Notes: generated from the letters alone by a model not told the origin. A stretch of DNA of 32,000 nt from Candidatus Saccharimonadota bacterium (GCA_963706795.1 OY970170.1:660001-692000); one strand, 5' to 3'; positions 1 to 10,726 are shown, counted from the stretch's first letter. A program made the numbers and translations.

Positions 1-540
1 TGCTGCTTGTTCGCCATTACCGACTATGACCTTTGCATGACGAATGACTTCATCATGGTGCTTGTAGCCCTTTTCAAACTCGACGATGATCTTGCCAGAA
101 GGTCCGACTCATTGTGAGAGTGCTTCGTGGAAGTGTGGATCGAGATCGGATCCGACAGATTCGTATGATTTTACACCCATGCTTTCGAGGACTTTTGAGA
201 GTCCAGCTGCTGCCTGCTTTACACCATCATAGACCGCTCCAGTTTGGAACTCTGCTGGAGTACCCGAAACCACACGATCGAGATTATCGAGCGTTGGAAG
301 AAGTTTTTTTGCAAAGTTTTGAGTAAAAAAACTCGACATTTCGACGCGATCTTTTTCGGTGCGACGAAGGAGATTTTGATAGTCAGCATTCGCACGTGCG
401 AGGCTTTCATTTGCCTTTGCGAGTTGTTCTTTGAGAAGTGAAACTCCATCATCTCCAGATTGAGTGGGAGTTTCTTCGGTGATTTCTGAGGTTTGATTTT
501 CGAGATCTTCCATCTCGATTGCTGGATTTTGGTCAGTCAT
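1..540 (-). CDS. grpE: GrpE nucleotide-exchange factor (C-terminal end runs off the window)
   Basis: ORF 109..540 has a GrpE-like core (LLRRTEKDRVE, LLPTLDNLDRV, DPHFHEALSQ). After its TGA at 109..111 the frame continues as GVGPSGKIIVEFEKGYKHHDEVIRHAKVIV, the expected GrpE C-terminal domain. There is no TAA/TAG before position 1. Confidence 0.85.
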
Positions 541-542
541 GA

Positions 543-1043
543 TTATTTAATTTTTTTCTTAAGATTCTTGTAAGTACTTTCGAATTCGCTATTGAGGTCC
601 TTTGCTATTGAGCGAACCTTTTTAGTGAGTTTCTTTGCAATTTCTCCACCTTCTTCGAGTCCTTCTTCGGCGAGTTCGCTCGCTTCTTCGAGGAGCTCGT
701 CGAGGATTTCTTTACGACGAGCGTAGAGATCTGTGAGAGCTTCTTCGATTTCTTCACGCTTGAGCTCTCATTTTTTTGTGAGGTCGGCAATCGTCTTTTC
801 TGCCTCTACGCGGAATGCATCAATTTCTTTAAGAGCTTTGACTTTCATATGAGCAACGCGTTCACGATTTTCTGGGCTAAAGATTTTTTCTTCACCTTCG
901 GTCCAGAGATTTTTGTGGATAGCTTTAATGTCTTCGGCGAGTTCGGGCAGAGTTTTTTTCTTACCGTCATCTGCGAATTTAACTGCCACAAGAAGTCCTG
1001 CGACATACCCGAGACCGAGCAAAAAGAGGTTTCACTTTTTCAT
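543..1043 (-). CDS. Small membrane-anchored coiled-coil protein (YtxH-like architecture)
   Basis: ATG at 1041..1043 gives MKK(G)NLFLLGLGYVAGLLVAVKFADDGKKK, an N-terminal TM helix. In-frame TGAs lie at 1032..1034 and 768..770. The frame continues as ELKREEIEEALTDLYARRKEILDELLEE to a TAA at 543..545, immediately upstream of the grpE ATG. Confidence 0.6.
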
Positions 1044-1118
1044 AGAGTGTAGGATGAGGGATAACGATATATCCTATGGTATCTCTCTCAAAAATCAAGG
1101 TTGTCTCGCTCGTCATGT

Positions 1119-1150
1119 AAAAAGCCGTCTGTTAACAGACGGCTTTATTT
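1119..1150. terminator. Bidirectional rho-independent terminator
   Basis: The hairpin is AAAGCCGTCTG-TTAA-CAGACGGCTTT (1121..1146), flanked by an A-run and a T-run. It sits 8 nt after the MCP stop. Confidence 0.8.
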
Positions 1151-1157
1151 CCTCCTT

Positions 1158-2705
1158 TTAGGAATTGATTTGAAATACACTCATACTCTTGGTAAGTCCT
1201 TGAGCTTGTGAGGTAAGTGATGCGGTTGCAGCGGCTGCTTCTTCGACCAGAGCTGCGTTTTGTTGCGTGACAGTATCCATCTGACCAATCGCTTCGCTGA
1301 TACCAGTGATATCATTGCTTTGTCTGGCAGATGCTGTGCTAATAGACTCCACGATGGCAGTAACACTGGCGATCGCTTTTACGATATCCTGCATACTCTC
1401 ACCGGCTTCGTCCACTAATTTGCTGCCCTGATCAACAGTTCTCATCGACGAGCCAATGAGTTTTTTAATCTCAGCGGCAGCGGCAGCTGATCGTTGAGCA
1501 AGGGTTCGAACTTCGGTCGCGACGACAGCAAAACCACGACCTTGTTCTCCGGCACGTGCAGCTTCTACGGCTGCATTGAGGGCTAGAATATTTGTTTGAA
1601 AGGCGATGCTATCGATAGTGCTGGTAATATCGCCAATCTTTTTGGAGCTTTCTTTGATTAATCCCATAGTTTCAATTACGGAATCAACCACCCTTCCCCC
1701 TTCAACAGCCATATTGGATGCCTGGATGGCGAGCGTGTTTGCTTGCTCGGCATTTTCGGCATTCTTTTTGACGCTGCTCGTGAGAGTTTCCATAGACGCA
1801 GCTGTTTCTTGGAGAGACGAAGCTTGCTCTTCGGTGCGGCTTGAGAGATCAAGATTTCCGTTGGCAATTTCGCTTGCTCCGATAGCAACTGTATTTACAG
1901 ACTGTCGCACTTCTCCCACGGTGTGTGCGAGATTTTCAGACATGTGAGCCACGGCTTCCATAAGTTTGCCGATTTCGTCACGGGTTGTGGCAGTTATTTT
2001 GCCAGTGAGATCATTGTTTGCAACTCGCTCTACGGCTTCCACTGCCAGATTCAGCGGTAAGGTAATACTCTTGCTCATACGAAGTGCGAAAAACATGCCT
2101 ATTCCCAAAGTAAAGACCATACTAACAAGCAGGAGATAACCCAAGAATTCGATACGATTTTTTGCTTCGAGCTCATGCTGGGCATTTGCTGCTTCTATGA
2201 GTGGAATAACCTCTTCAATTGCTTTGCTGTGCGTGCTGTAGGCAGTAGAAGCATTTTTAACCGCAAGCAGCGTGGTGTCGCCATCCATATTTTCGACTGC
2301 TGGAATGAGCTCACTTTTAACAATCTTATAAAACAAAACGGCAGGCTCATGAGCTTTTTTAAGCAAAAGATCCATGATTTTTGGATCTTTTTCGGTTTTT
2401 GTCAAAAAACTGTGGAAATCAAGATAAGATTTTTCGAGTGATTTGAGTTCATTAATGAGCTTTACTTGTTCGTTTTTGTCAGATGTATTTGCAAGCTCAC
2501 GCATTTTTAGCGCTGACCCCATGATATTACCTCTGGGTGCAAGCAATTCGGCAATTTGATCCTTCCCATTTACGATTTTGTTGTAGATGGGCCCATTGAT
2601 ATTGATCTCTTTGAGCATGTTGAATTCACCCCAAGCATACAGGGAAAATGCGACTGCAAAAATACTGATCAGACATATGAGCTTATGAGATATTTTCTTA
2701 AACAT
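1158..2705 (-). CDS. Methyl-accepting chemotaxis protein (helical sensor domain, 2 TM, HAMP, MCP signalling domain)
   Basis: The canonical MCP hairpin core is present: [31 protein letters not shown] and [45 protein letters not shown]-like segment follows the second TM. AAGGAG lies upstream of the ATG at 2703..2705 (an alternative upstream ATG is at 2757..2759). Stop is TAA; there is no internal TGA. Confidence 0.9.
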   Translation of the reverse strand: MFKKISHKLICLISIFAVAFSLYAWGEFNMLKEININGPIYNKIVNGKDQIAELLAPRGNIMGSALKMRELANTSDKNEQVKLINELKSLEKSYLDFHSFLTKTEKDPKIMDLLLKKAHEPAVLFYKIVKSELIPAVENMDGDTTLLAVKNASTAYSTHSKAIEEVIPLIEAANAQHELEAKNRIEFLGYLLLVSMVFTLGIGMFFALRMSKSITLPLNLAVEAVERVANNDLTGKITATTRDEIGKLMEAVAHMSENLAHTVGEVRQSVNTVAIGASEIANGNLDLSSRTEEQASSLQETAASMETLTSSVKKNAENAEQANTLAIQASNMAVEGGRVVDSVIETMGLIKESSKKIGDITSTIDSIAFQTNILALNAAVEAARAGEQGRGFAVVATEVRTLAQRSAAAAAEIKKLIGSSMRTVDQGSKLVDEAGESMQDIVKAIASVTAIVESISTASARQSNDITGISEAIGQMDTVTQQNAALVEEAAAATASLTSQAQGLTKSMSVFQINS

Positions 2706-2847
2706 ATTCCTTCTCCTTGGTGTGTGTTTGTATGTTAAGTTGTCAGAGTGGTGAGACATATTTTTTTGTGTCTTCCAGCAGCGCAGTTATTTATAACTAA
2801 ATTCACTAGGGAAGTCAAAGACAAAGCTTTTTACTATGGCTCCATTT

Positions 2848-2876
2848 TTGCCAATTTTTGCGCGAAGTGATACGAT
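2848..2876 (+). promoter_or_regulatory. Sigma70-like promoter for pilT
   Basis: TTGCCA (2848..2853), a 17-nt spacer, then TACGAT (2871..2876). The ATG is 11 nt further on, and no SD is present. Confidence 0.45.
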
Positions 2877-2887
2877 AAAGAAAAACT

Positions 2888-3952
2888 ATGGCTCTCGACC
2901 GATTTCATGCACTTCTTGATGATGTGCTTACGACGAAGATTCCTGATCTGCATCTAACGACAGGGATGTGTCCATATATTCGTGGGCATGATGGTATGAT
3001 GCGCGCTGTGCCAACTTTTGGTGTTATGGAACTCGAAGAAATGAAGGCAATCGCTTCATTTGTCCTTCCTGCTGATCGTCGCGGAACCTGGCCGGACGAA
3101 AAAGAAATGGATGCTTCGTTTGAATACAAAAATGCCAGATTTCGTGTAAATGCCTATTTTGAAACCCGTGGTCCATCGTTCGCATTTCGTCTTGTAGCTC
3201 ACGAAGTGCCTTCGGTACAGGAACTTGGACTCTCACAGGCAACGATTGATCTCATGCACCGAGAGCATGGACTCGTGCTTGTTACAGGGCCTACTGGATC
3301 AGGAAAGTCGACGACACTTGCGTCAATGCTCGACTATATCAATACCAATTTTGAGAAGCATATTATTACGATCGAAGACCCCATAGAATACGTCTTCACT
3401 CCTAAAAAATCCCTCATTCACCAACGAGAAATCTCGGTCCATACTCACTCATTTGCGCGAGCCATCAAATCCTCACTCCGCGAGGATCCTGATGTCATTA
3501 TGGTAGGTGAAATGCGCGATCCAGAAACCATGGCCGCAGCCATTACACTCGCCGAAACGGGTCATTTAGTTCTCGCGACACTTCATACTAATGACACTGT
3601 GCAGTCGATTGATCGTATTATTGATTCTTTTCCTTCAGGGCAGCAGCCACAGATCCGAGTTCAGCTTGCGATGTCGCTCGCTGGAGTGGTGAGTCAGGTG
3701 CTTCTTCCACGTAAAGTCGGTAAGGGTCGCGTCGCGGCTCGAGAAGTGCTTCTCTGAAATGATGCGGTGAGATCGCTCATTATCCACGGTGCGACTCATC
3801 AGATATATTCGATGATCGAACTTGGTGCCCAAGAATGAATGGTCCTCATGGATCGTGCACTCGAGACGCTCTATATCAAAGGCGCGATCAGCAAAGAAGT
3901 CTTTAAAAGTCGAGTACGAGATCAAGATCTCCTCGCACTCCACCTAAATTAG
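2888..3952 (+). CDS. pilT: Type IV pilus retraction ATPase PilT
   Basis: Walker A is GPTGSGKSTT, followed by IITIEDPIEY, REDPDVIMVGEMRD and ATLHTN. In-frame TGAs lie at 3755..3757 and 3836..3838. The frame continues as NDAVRSLIIHGATHQIYSMIELGAQE(G)MVLMDRAL, the conserved PilT C-terminus, ending at TAG 3950..3952. Confidence 0.92.
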
Positions 3953-3956
3953 TCAT

Positions 3957-4904
3957 ATGAGTAACGAAAAGCGCGAAAAAAAGGAGTCGCCAATTAATGA
4001 GCTTAAGGCCTCACTCGACTCTATACGTAGCAATCTCAAGATTGCGCCGGTTATGGCGTTCCTCGACAAGTTCGACACTTTTATCGCCAAAAAGAAAAAA
4101 ATCCTCGCAAAAGACGAAGTCCTCTTTGAACCTGGAGAAAACCCATATTTTTATATTGTCGCGTCTGGTGCAATTGGCATTTTTCGCATCAATCCTACCG
4201 GTGAAAAAAAGGAAGTTGGTAAGGTCTATACCGGATCGTTCCTCTGAGAAGGAGTCATCTCCAACCGTAATCAAAAGGATGTTCAGGCGCTTTCGGCTTC
4301 TGAACGCACGACCGTTATCGCACTCACAAAAGCTGACCTCGAATACCTCGAGTCCATGGACCCTGAGACGCTTGTAGCTCTCTATAAACACATCAATAAT
4401 ATCACGAGTCTTCGTCTTGCTGAGACTGGCCGTGAGCTTGCTGTGCTCTATGAACTCACCGAAAAAATCCAAGAATTTCGTGATCTTGGACAGCGTGGAA
4501 TGCTCGATGCGATCAATCATCTCGCGAGCGTACTCTCGATTAGTGCGATCCTCGTCATCGAAAAACACCCAATCGTCCCAAATCTCTTCATTTATAAATA
4601 TAACTCGAGGTTTCCGACGGTCTGGCCCATGAATCAAAAAGTTGAATCCGAGATTAAGCTCGCCGAAGGAAGCTACGAAGGCCCAGAGATCATGGGTACG
4701 AAAAAGGAGGATTCGATATTTATCTTGCCACTCTTGTCCGGAGAAAAAACAGTCGGATATATCGTGACTTCCAGAGCTCAAAATACTCCACTCGGAGATG
4801 GTGATATGCGTGTACTCAAGCATACTGGACCACTTCTTGCCTCGATGCTTGAACACCACCAAAAACTCGCCGATGATAAAGCTCGCGCTCTCCGAAATGT
4901 TTAG
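3957..4904 (+). CDS. Cyclic-nucleotide-binding domain + GAF domain protein, no recognisable output domain
   Basis: ORFs 3957..4247 and 4356..4904 share a frame and are joined through the TGA at 4245..4247. This creates the cNMP-binding signature YTGSFL(G)EGVI. The C-terminal half looks GAF-like (SIFILPLLSGEKTVGYIVTSRAQNTPLGDGDMRVLKHTGPLLASMLEHH). The gene starts 4 nt after the pilT stop. Confidence 0.75.
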
Positions 4905-4908
4905 TCTC

Positions 4909-4936
4909 TTGCGTAGTCACTCTTTCTCTCTATAAT
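4909..4936 (+). promoter_or_regulatory. Sigma70-like promoter
   Basis: TTGCGT (4909..4914), a 16-nt spacer, then a perfect TATAAT (4931..4936). Confidence 0.5.
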
Positions 4937-4943
4937 CCATCCC

Positions 4944-7409
4944 TTGATCAAAGAAATGCTCGAATCTACGCTCCTCGAAGTTCGTGTCGATCGCCTCAAT
5001 GAAAAGGGGGTTTTTGTCGCGGAGCAGATTTTGAACATTCTTCATAACACGGTGGATGAGCAGCGTCATGGGATTTTTCATAAGCATCAGGCACATTTTG
5101 TGCCCTACAGTTTTGAAATAGCGAATATCGCGGGAGTGATCAGATTTTTCTTTCGAGCACCGACGACCCATGTAAATATCCTGCAAAATCAGATCTACGC
5201 ACATTTTCCAAATGTCGAGCTCAATATTGTACCAGAATACCTTCCGAGTCGTGCTCCATACATCTCTGAGCTCGGACTTGCAAAGGACTATATTCGTCCA
5301 ATCAAGATATATACAGAGTTCAAGGATCGAAGCGAAAAGGAAACCGTTGATCCGCTTTCTTCGCTCTCGAGCGCTCTGTCGAAGGCGCACAAAGACGAGC
5401 CAGTAGTTTTTCAGGTCAATTTTTCGCCGATCCTCGATACCGAATGGAAGGATGAGCATGTTATAGAAATCCTCGCTTCTAAGCGTCCGAAGTGGATCAA
5501 AAGGATCCTGCTTTCGCCCTATGGTTTTGCTCTACAGCTCCTCTTTATGCCATTTTTGGCACTGGGTCGTCTGACAATGCTCGTGGTCCGCGGATCCGCT
5601 TCATCTGATCATGGTGATGAGCACCACGGTCACGAAAAAGAAGACACCAAAAAACTCGAACTCGAAGAAAAACTCAAAGGATTTGGCTATGCGGTCGATA
5701 TGCGCATCGCTTCGTATGCCGAAAACGCAGTCACTGCAAAATCTTCGCTCAAAGAAGTCGCCACCGCCCTCAATATCTTTGCTCGTCCAGGTGGCAATAA
5801 TCTCCGTGCATCTGCTCCAGTAGCTGATGCCAATCAGACTTTTGCAGCACGACTTAATCGTCGCAATATGCTCCTCAATACTGCGGAGCTCGCAGGTATT
5901 GTTCATATGCCGACGATCTATGTCAAAACACCAGGAATCAACTGGGTAATTACCAAAAAGTTTGAGCCGCCACATAACATCCCGACGATTGATCTGCATG
6001 ATGACGCAACTCCAATCGGAATGACTAATTTCCGTGGAAGCGAGGTGCCATTTGGAATTCTGCCAAATGATCGTCGTAGGCATGTGTATGTTATTGGTAA
6101 GACGGGTATGGGTAAGTCGACCCTTCTCGAAAATATGATCTTTGATGACATCCAAAAGGGTCGTGGTGTTGGATTAGTTGATCCGCATGGAGACCTTGCG
6201 GAGACGATCCTCGCATGTATTCCAAAGAGTCGAACGAATGATGTTATCGTGTTTGATCCATCAGACTACAAGCATCCGATTGCATTTAATATGCTCGAGC
6301 AGGTAAAGCCTGAACTTCGTCCGATTGTTGCATCAGGATTGGTGTCGATTTTTAAGAAAATCTTTGGTGATAGTTGGGGGCCACGACTTGAGCACATCAT
6401 GCGAAATACGGTGATGACCCTGCTGGAAATGCCGGATACGACGATCATGTCGATCCCACTCATGCTCACCATGAAGTCGTACCGACTCAAGATTGTTGCC
6501 AAGATTAAGGATCCAAATCTTGCCCGCTTTTGGACGAGTGAATACGAAGTCCTCGAACCACGTCAAATGACCGAAGCGGCTGCGCCCATCCTCAATAAGG
6601 TTGGACAATTCCTCTCGAGTCCGCTGATGCGCAATATTCTTGGGCAGCCAAAAAATCCGTTCTCACTCCGCTGGGCTATGGACAATGGCAAGATTATTAT
6701 TGTGAAGCTTCCAAAGGGAACGATTGGTGAAGACTCTTCGGCTCTGCTTGGTGCGATGATGGTTACAAAATTCCAGATCGATGCGATGAGTCGAGCGGAT
6801 ATTCCAGAATCTGAGCGTCGGGATTTTTATCTCTATGTCGACGAATTCCAAAATTTTGCGACCGATTCCTTTGCGACGATCCTCTCTGAAGCTCGCAAAT
6901 ATAAGCTCAATCTCGTCATGGCTAATCAGTATATTGAGCAGATGACTGAGACAGTTCAGGGTGCAGTTTTTGGAAATGTCGGAACGCTCGTGTCATTTCA
7001 GGTAGGTTTCCATGATGCAACCAAACTCTCTGAGGTGATGGATGAGGAAGTGGTTCTGCCGAATGACCTTATGAATCTTCGAAAATACGATATCTATACG
7101 AAGCTTCTCATTGATGGAATGCCTTCGCCAGTATTCTCTGCAACGACCCTTGCTCCGATCAGAGCACGCCTCGAAATCCCAGAACAAAAGGCGGATGTTG
7201 TACTCAAGGTTTCCCGTGAAAAATACTCAAAACCGGTCGATCTCGTAGAGCGTAAAATCCTCGAATTTAATATGAAGGTCGTCGAGGACGAGAAAAAATT
7301 CCAAAAAGCAGCCGAGGAATACAAAGAAAAGAAAAAGGAAGAGAAAAAAGCCAAAGCTGATGCTGATAAGGTAAAGCTGAGTAATGTGACTCCGAATGAA
7401 AAACAATAG
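4944..7409 (+). CDS. VirD4/TraD-like (FtsK/HerA-superfamily) P-loop ATPase with K/E-rich tail
   Basis: The ORF is 821 aa. Walker A is VIGKTGMGKSTLL and Walker B is FYLYVDEFQNFAT. A membrane-like segment (ILLSPYGFALQLLFMPFLALG) is present. The start is either TTG 4944 or ATG 4956. There is no internal TGA. Confidence 0.8.
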   Translation: MIKEMLESTLLEVRVDRLNEKGVFVAEQILNILHNTVDEQRHGIFHKHQAHFVPYSFEIANIAGVIRFFFRAPTTHVNILQNQIYAHFPNVELNIVPEYLPSRAPYISELGLAKDYIRPIKIYTEFKDRSEKETVDPLSSLSSALSKAHKDEPVVFQVNFSPILDTEWKDEHVIEILASKRPKWIKRILLSPYGFALQLLFMPFLALGRLTMLVVRGSASSDHGDEHHGHEKEDTKKLELEEKLKGFGYAVDMRIASYAENAVTAKSSLKEVATALNIFARPGGNNLRASAPVADANQTFAARLNRRNMLLNTAELAGIVHMPTIYVKTPGINWVITKKFEPPHNIPTIDLHDDATPIGMTNFRGSEVPFGILPNDRRRHVYVIGKTGMGKSTLLENMIFDDIQKGRGVGLVDPHGDLAETILACIPKSRTNDVIVFDPSDYKHPIAFNMLEQVKPELRPIVASGLVSIFKKIFGDSWGPRLEHIMRNTVMTLLEMPDTTIMSIPLMLTMKSYRLKIVAKIKDPNLARFWTSEYEVLEPRQMTEAAAPILNKVGQFLSSPLMRNILGQPKNPFSLRWAMDNGKIIIVKLPKGTIGEDSSALLGAMMVTKFQIDAMSRADIPESERRDFYLYVDEFQNFATDSFATILSEARKYKLNLVMANQYIEQMTETVQGAVFGNVGTLVSFQVGFHDATKLSEVMDEEVVLPNDLMNLRKYDIYTKLLIDGMPSPVFSATTLAPIRARLEIPEQKADVVLKVSREKYSKPVDLVERKILEFNMKVVEDEKKFQKAAEEYKEKKKEEKKAKADADKVKLSNVTPNEKQ

Positions 7410-7426
7410 ATTTTAAAACCGATCTT

Positions 7427-7466
7427 AAAAAAGCCGAGTCATATAACTCGGCTTTTGTTTTTTGAT
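7427..7466 (+). terminator. Rho-independent terminator
   Basis: AGCCGAG (7432..7438) pairs with CTCGGCT (7447..7453), followed by TTTGTTTTTT. Confidence 0.75.
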
Positions 7467-7490
7467 TGCACTTTCGTGCATCTCTATACT
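7462..7490 (+). promoter_or_regulatory. Promoter placed for a leaderless transcript
   Basis: TTGATT (7462..7467), a 17-nt spacer, then TATACT (7485..7490). The ATG at 7499 is only 8 nt downstream and there is no SD. Confidence 0.5.
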
Positions 7491-7498
7491 ATGTTCGC

Positions 7499-8341
7499 AT
7501 GATCGCTCAGATACTCCCGCTCGATACTTCTCATGATAGTGAATGACTTACGTATTTTGTTCCAGAAAATCTGCGAAACATGCGCGTTGGACAGCTTGTT
7601 GAGATCCCATTTCGTGAGGAAATTACTCAAGGGATTGTCGCTTCTCTGCGAGAATATGAGGGCGAAATTCCTGATGAGGTTCGTGCGGTAGTGAGTATTG
7701 TTTTTGCGATTCCAGTGCTTTCTGAGGCACAGGTCCAGACTATTCTCGAGATCGCAAAACTCTCAGTGATTCATACCCACAAAGTCCTTGCTCTTTTTTT
7801 AACGAAGCCAGTTCTCCATCGCATGCTCAAATACGGTATTCCAGCGAACGAAAATAGTGTTTCCTCACCGAGAAATATTCCAGCAAAACCCGTGCTCCAT
7901 TTTTTGCGCGAGAGTTCGGAGTTGGCTTCGTATGCAGCTTCGTTACGAGTGAATCGTACGGCGTACATCGTGCCTTCTGACTGGTATGTTTCTCGATTAA
8001 AAGAAACTCTCTCATGAGAAAATCTGGGAATATTTAGCGGAGAACTCACTGAGACAAAGCGCGCACAACTCTGGCTCGATATTCGTGCTGGCAAATACCA
8101 AACACTCATTTGAACTCGCAGGCTTTGCACCTATAATTTGGACGAATTCGACCGAATCATCTATCTCGAGGATGCTATTATGAAAGAAATGCTCCATTCA
8201 TTTCATAGATATAGTTGTTTGTCACTGACCGAGCGCTTAACAAAGCATGCTCATCAAGAATTTCATATCGTCTCCACCACCCCTGCAATAAGCACACTCG
8301 CTCGTACGCTCGCCACCCATTTTGAACTCCGCAATGCCTAA
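7499..8341 (+). CDS. Truncated, motif-degenerate PriA-like (primosomal protein N') protein
   Basis: The N-terminus resembles PriA (LTYFVPENL...VGQLVEIPFREEITQGIVASL). Later, ELTETKRAQLWLDIRAGKYQTLI(G)TRRL and IVSTTPAIST align with the PriA helicase lobe-1 order. In-frame TGAs lie at 7544, 8015 and 8111. The protein is about 280 aa and ends at TAA 8339..8341. Confidence 0.65.
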
Positions 8342-10652
8342 AATCCTCCTCATCCTCGAACGTCTTTTTGCCCGCTTTATGCGTCTTATGTGATCAATTG
8401 ATCGTATTGGGTACGTGACGGCCGCATTTGTTGCCTTTGGTCTCTTGATCCTCTGGACGACTTTTAAATATACGGTTCTTGAGGTTGATTATTACAAGGG
8501 TCTTGCTGATAAACAGCAGACGATCACTGTCAAAAATCCGGTTTCGCGAGGGACGATTTATTCTTCAAATGATCCGGCTGGCGTATTTGCGACTTCCACT
8601 GACTTGCCCGATCTTGCCATCGATCCAAAAGCTCCAGGCTCAAAAGATAAACTTCTCGTTTTTTTGGTGGATGTTGTCTATCTTGAGCTTTGCGGACGTG
8701 ATAAAATTGCCGACGAAAAATGCACCGAACACGTACTTGAATTTCTCCGTATCAATCGCGATGACAACATAGATTATACGAGTGAACTCCTTCATAATAT
8801 GCTCAAAGATGAGCTCAAACGTCGTATTAACAAAGAATTCATCGACTTCGTCCTCGTCAAAGAAAACCTCCCAACCGATGAGCTCAAAGAAGCCGAAGCC
8901 TTTGTCTATAGCGGGGTAACGCTTATCGCGGGCAATATCTACGTCGATCCTACGACGATCAAGGATCCTGATTTTGTTTCAGCAAAACTCCAGACTATTC
9001 TCAGCATGTCCAAGGCGGATGTGGATTCCAAGATTGTGAAGCGTCCATTACGATATCTCAAGATCCTTCGTCGTATGAGTCTGGGGACCAAGGACTATAT
9101 TGACGCACGCCTCGATGACGAAAAATCTGCAACGAGCAAAGGACTGCTTAAAGAGGTTGATTCGATCACATCATTTTTGATCCTTGAGCCCCATCCAACG
9201 AGATTCTATCCAGAAAAAAACATGGGTGGCCAGATCGCTGGCTTTGTCGATAACGAAAATATCGGACGATATGGAATCGAAGCCTATTTCAATGACTATC
9301 TCCAGGGCCAAGAAGGTGAACGCCAAACCCGAAAAGATGCCGCTGGTCGTACGATCTGAGGCTACGATCTCGGTGAAAAAAAGATCATAAATGGAGCTGA
9401 CATCAAACTCACTATCGATCGCAATATCCAAAAAGAAGTTACTCGACTGCTCGCTGATTCGATTAAAGAATTCCGTGCGAATAAAGGTTCGGTCGTAATT
9501 TTGGATCCTAAAACAGGTGCGGTGATCGCCATGTCTAACTATCCGGATTTCGATCCAAATAATTTTGGAGATGTCTATACTATCGAAAAAGTCAGTTACG
9601 CGCGCTATCCCAATCCTTCGTTTGATCTCCTCGGAATGCCGATATTTGTTGAAGATTCCGAAAATGGCGAAGAACTCAGCTATCTAGGTAAAAAAATAAA
9701 GCTCCGTCTCGCAACAGAGCGTGAACTCGGCAACGTAGCGATAGCAAAATACAAGTACAAGGACAATTTTGGTCCTGCGAATTATCAAAATGATTCGGTC
9801 AGTTCGCTCTATGAGCCATGATCGGTTTTCAAGGCGATTACCGTTTCGATCGGTCTTGATACGGGCGACATTAAGCCGACGGATACCTATGTGGACAAGG
9901 GATTTGTCGAGATCGACAAATATAAAATCAAGAATGTCTCGAGTGAATGTCTTGGTCGCAATACGTACGCCCACGCCCTCGACTGGAGTTGTAATGTTGG
10001 TATGATCGACATCGCCCAAAAAATCGGAAAAGCTCTTTTTTATAAATATGTCCTCGATTTTGGCTTTGGTGAAAAGACCAATATTACCCTTGATGGTGAG
10101 GTTCATGGGAAACTTCCCCCATACGAAAAATGGTCGAGAACCGACCTCTTTACAGCTTCGTTTGGACAGGGATTGATTACTGCAACACCTCTTCAGATGG
10201 CAGCTGCGTACGTAGCGATCGCGAATGGTGGAATATATTATCAGCCATATATCGTGGATTCGATTACCTTTGGTGATGGGCGAGTAGTTAAAAACGCACC
10301 AACACCACTCAGGCGAGTTATCAAAGAAGAGACTTCTAAAAAAGTAGTAGCCATGCTCACGGAAGGTGCTTCGATCGGTTTTGCGAAGAAGGGTTGAGTA
10401 GAATGATATGACACCGCTGGTAAGACGGGTACATCCCAGATCGCCTCAAAAGGAAAATACGAAGAAGGTTCCGCCGGTCATACGATTACGTCATACGGAG
10501 GATTTGCTCCTGCATCCAATCCAAAATATGTCATGATCGTTAAAATTGATCGTCCGCGTTCGGCGCAGTATTCTGAGACTACGTCCTCGGCACTCTTCTC
10601 GCGCATCTCCAAGTACCTCCTCAATTACTACGGAATCCCAAAAAATCAGTAA
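8334..10652 (+). CDS. Class B penicillin-binding protein (FtsI/PBP2-type transpeptidase)
   Basis: The ATG at 8334 overlaps the preceding stop (ATGCCTAA). Five in-frame TGAs (8391, 9357, 9819, 10395, 10404) fuse four ORF-track pieces that share one frame. The transpeptidase motifs are YEP(G)SVFK (SxxK), WSCN (SxN) and AGKTGTS (KTG). An N-terminal TM helix is present. Confidence 0.9.
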
Positions 10653-10665
10653 TTTAGACAAAAAA

Positions 10666-10700
10666 ATAAACCCTCGCAACATGCATGAGGGTTAATTTAA
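10666..10700. terminator. Bidirectional terminator
   Basis: AACCCTC (10669..10675) pairs with GAGGGTT (10687..10693). An A-rich run lies upstream, giving a strong T-run on the minus strand. A weaker T/A run lies downstream. Confidence 0.65.
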
Positions 10701-10726
10701 AATTGGTTGTTTTGCCTGTGCACTTA

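Noticed and set aside
605-790. A 61-aa Ser/Lys-rich ORF.
   Set aside because: It is an alternative frame of the YtxH-like gene. The real frame continues through the TGA at 768..770 and is contiguous from 1043 to 545.
4011-4862. A 283-aa ORF antisense to the cNMP-binding/GAF gene.
   Set aside because: It lies fully antisense to a frame with clear domain signatures. Its product is low-complexity-like with no start signals. Long antisense ORFs are expected from codon bias in a genome where stops are rare.
5601-6155. A 184-aa ORF antisense to the VirD4-like ATPase gene.
   Set aside because: It overlaps the Walker A region of a well-supported gene and has no independent signals.
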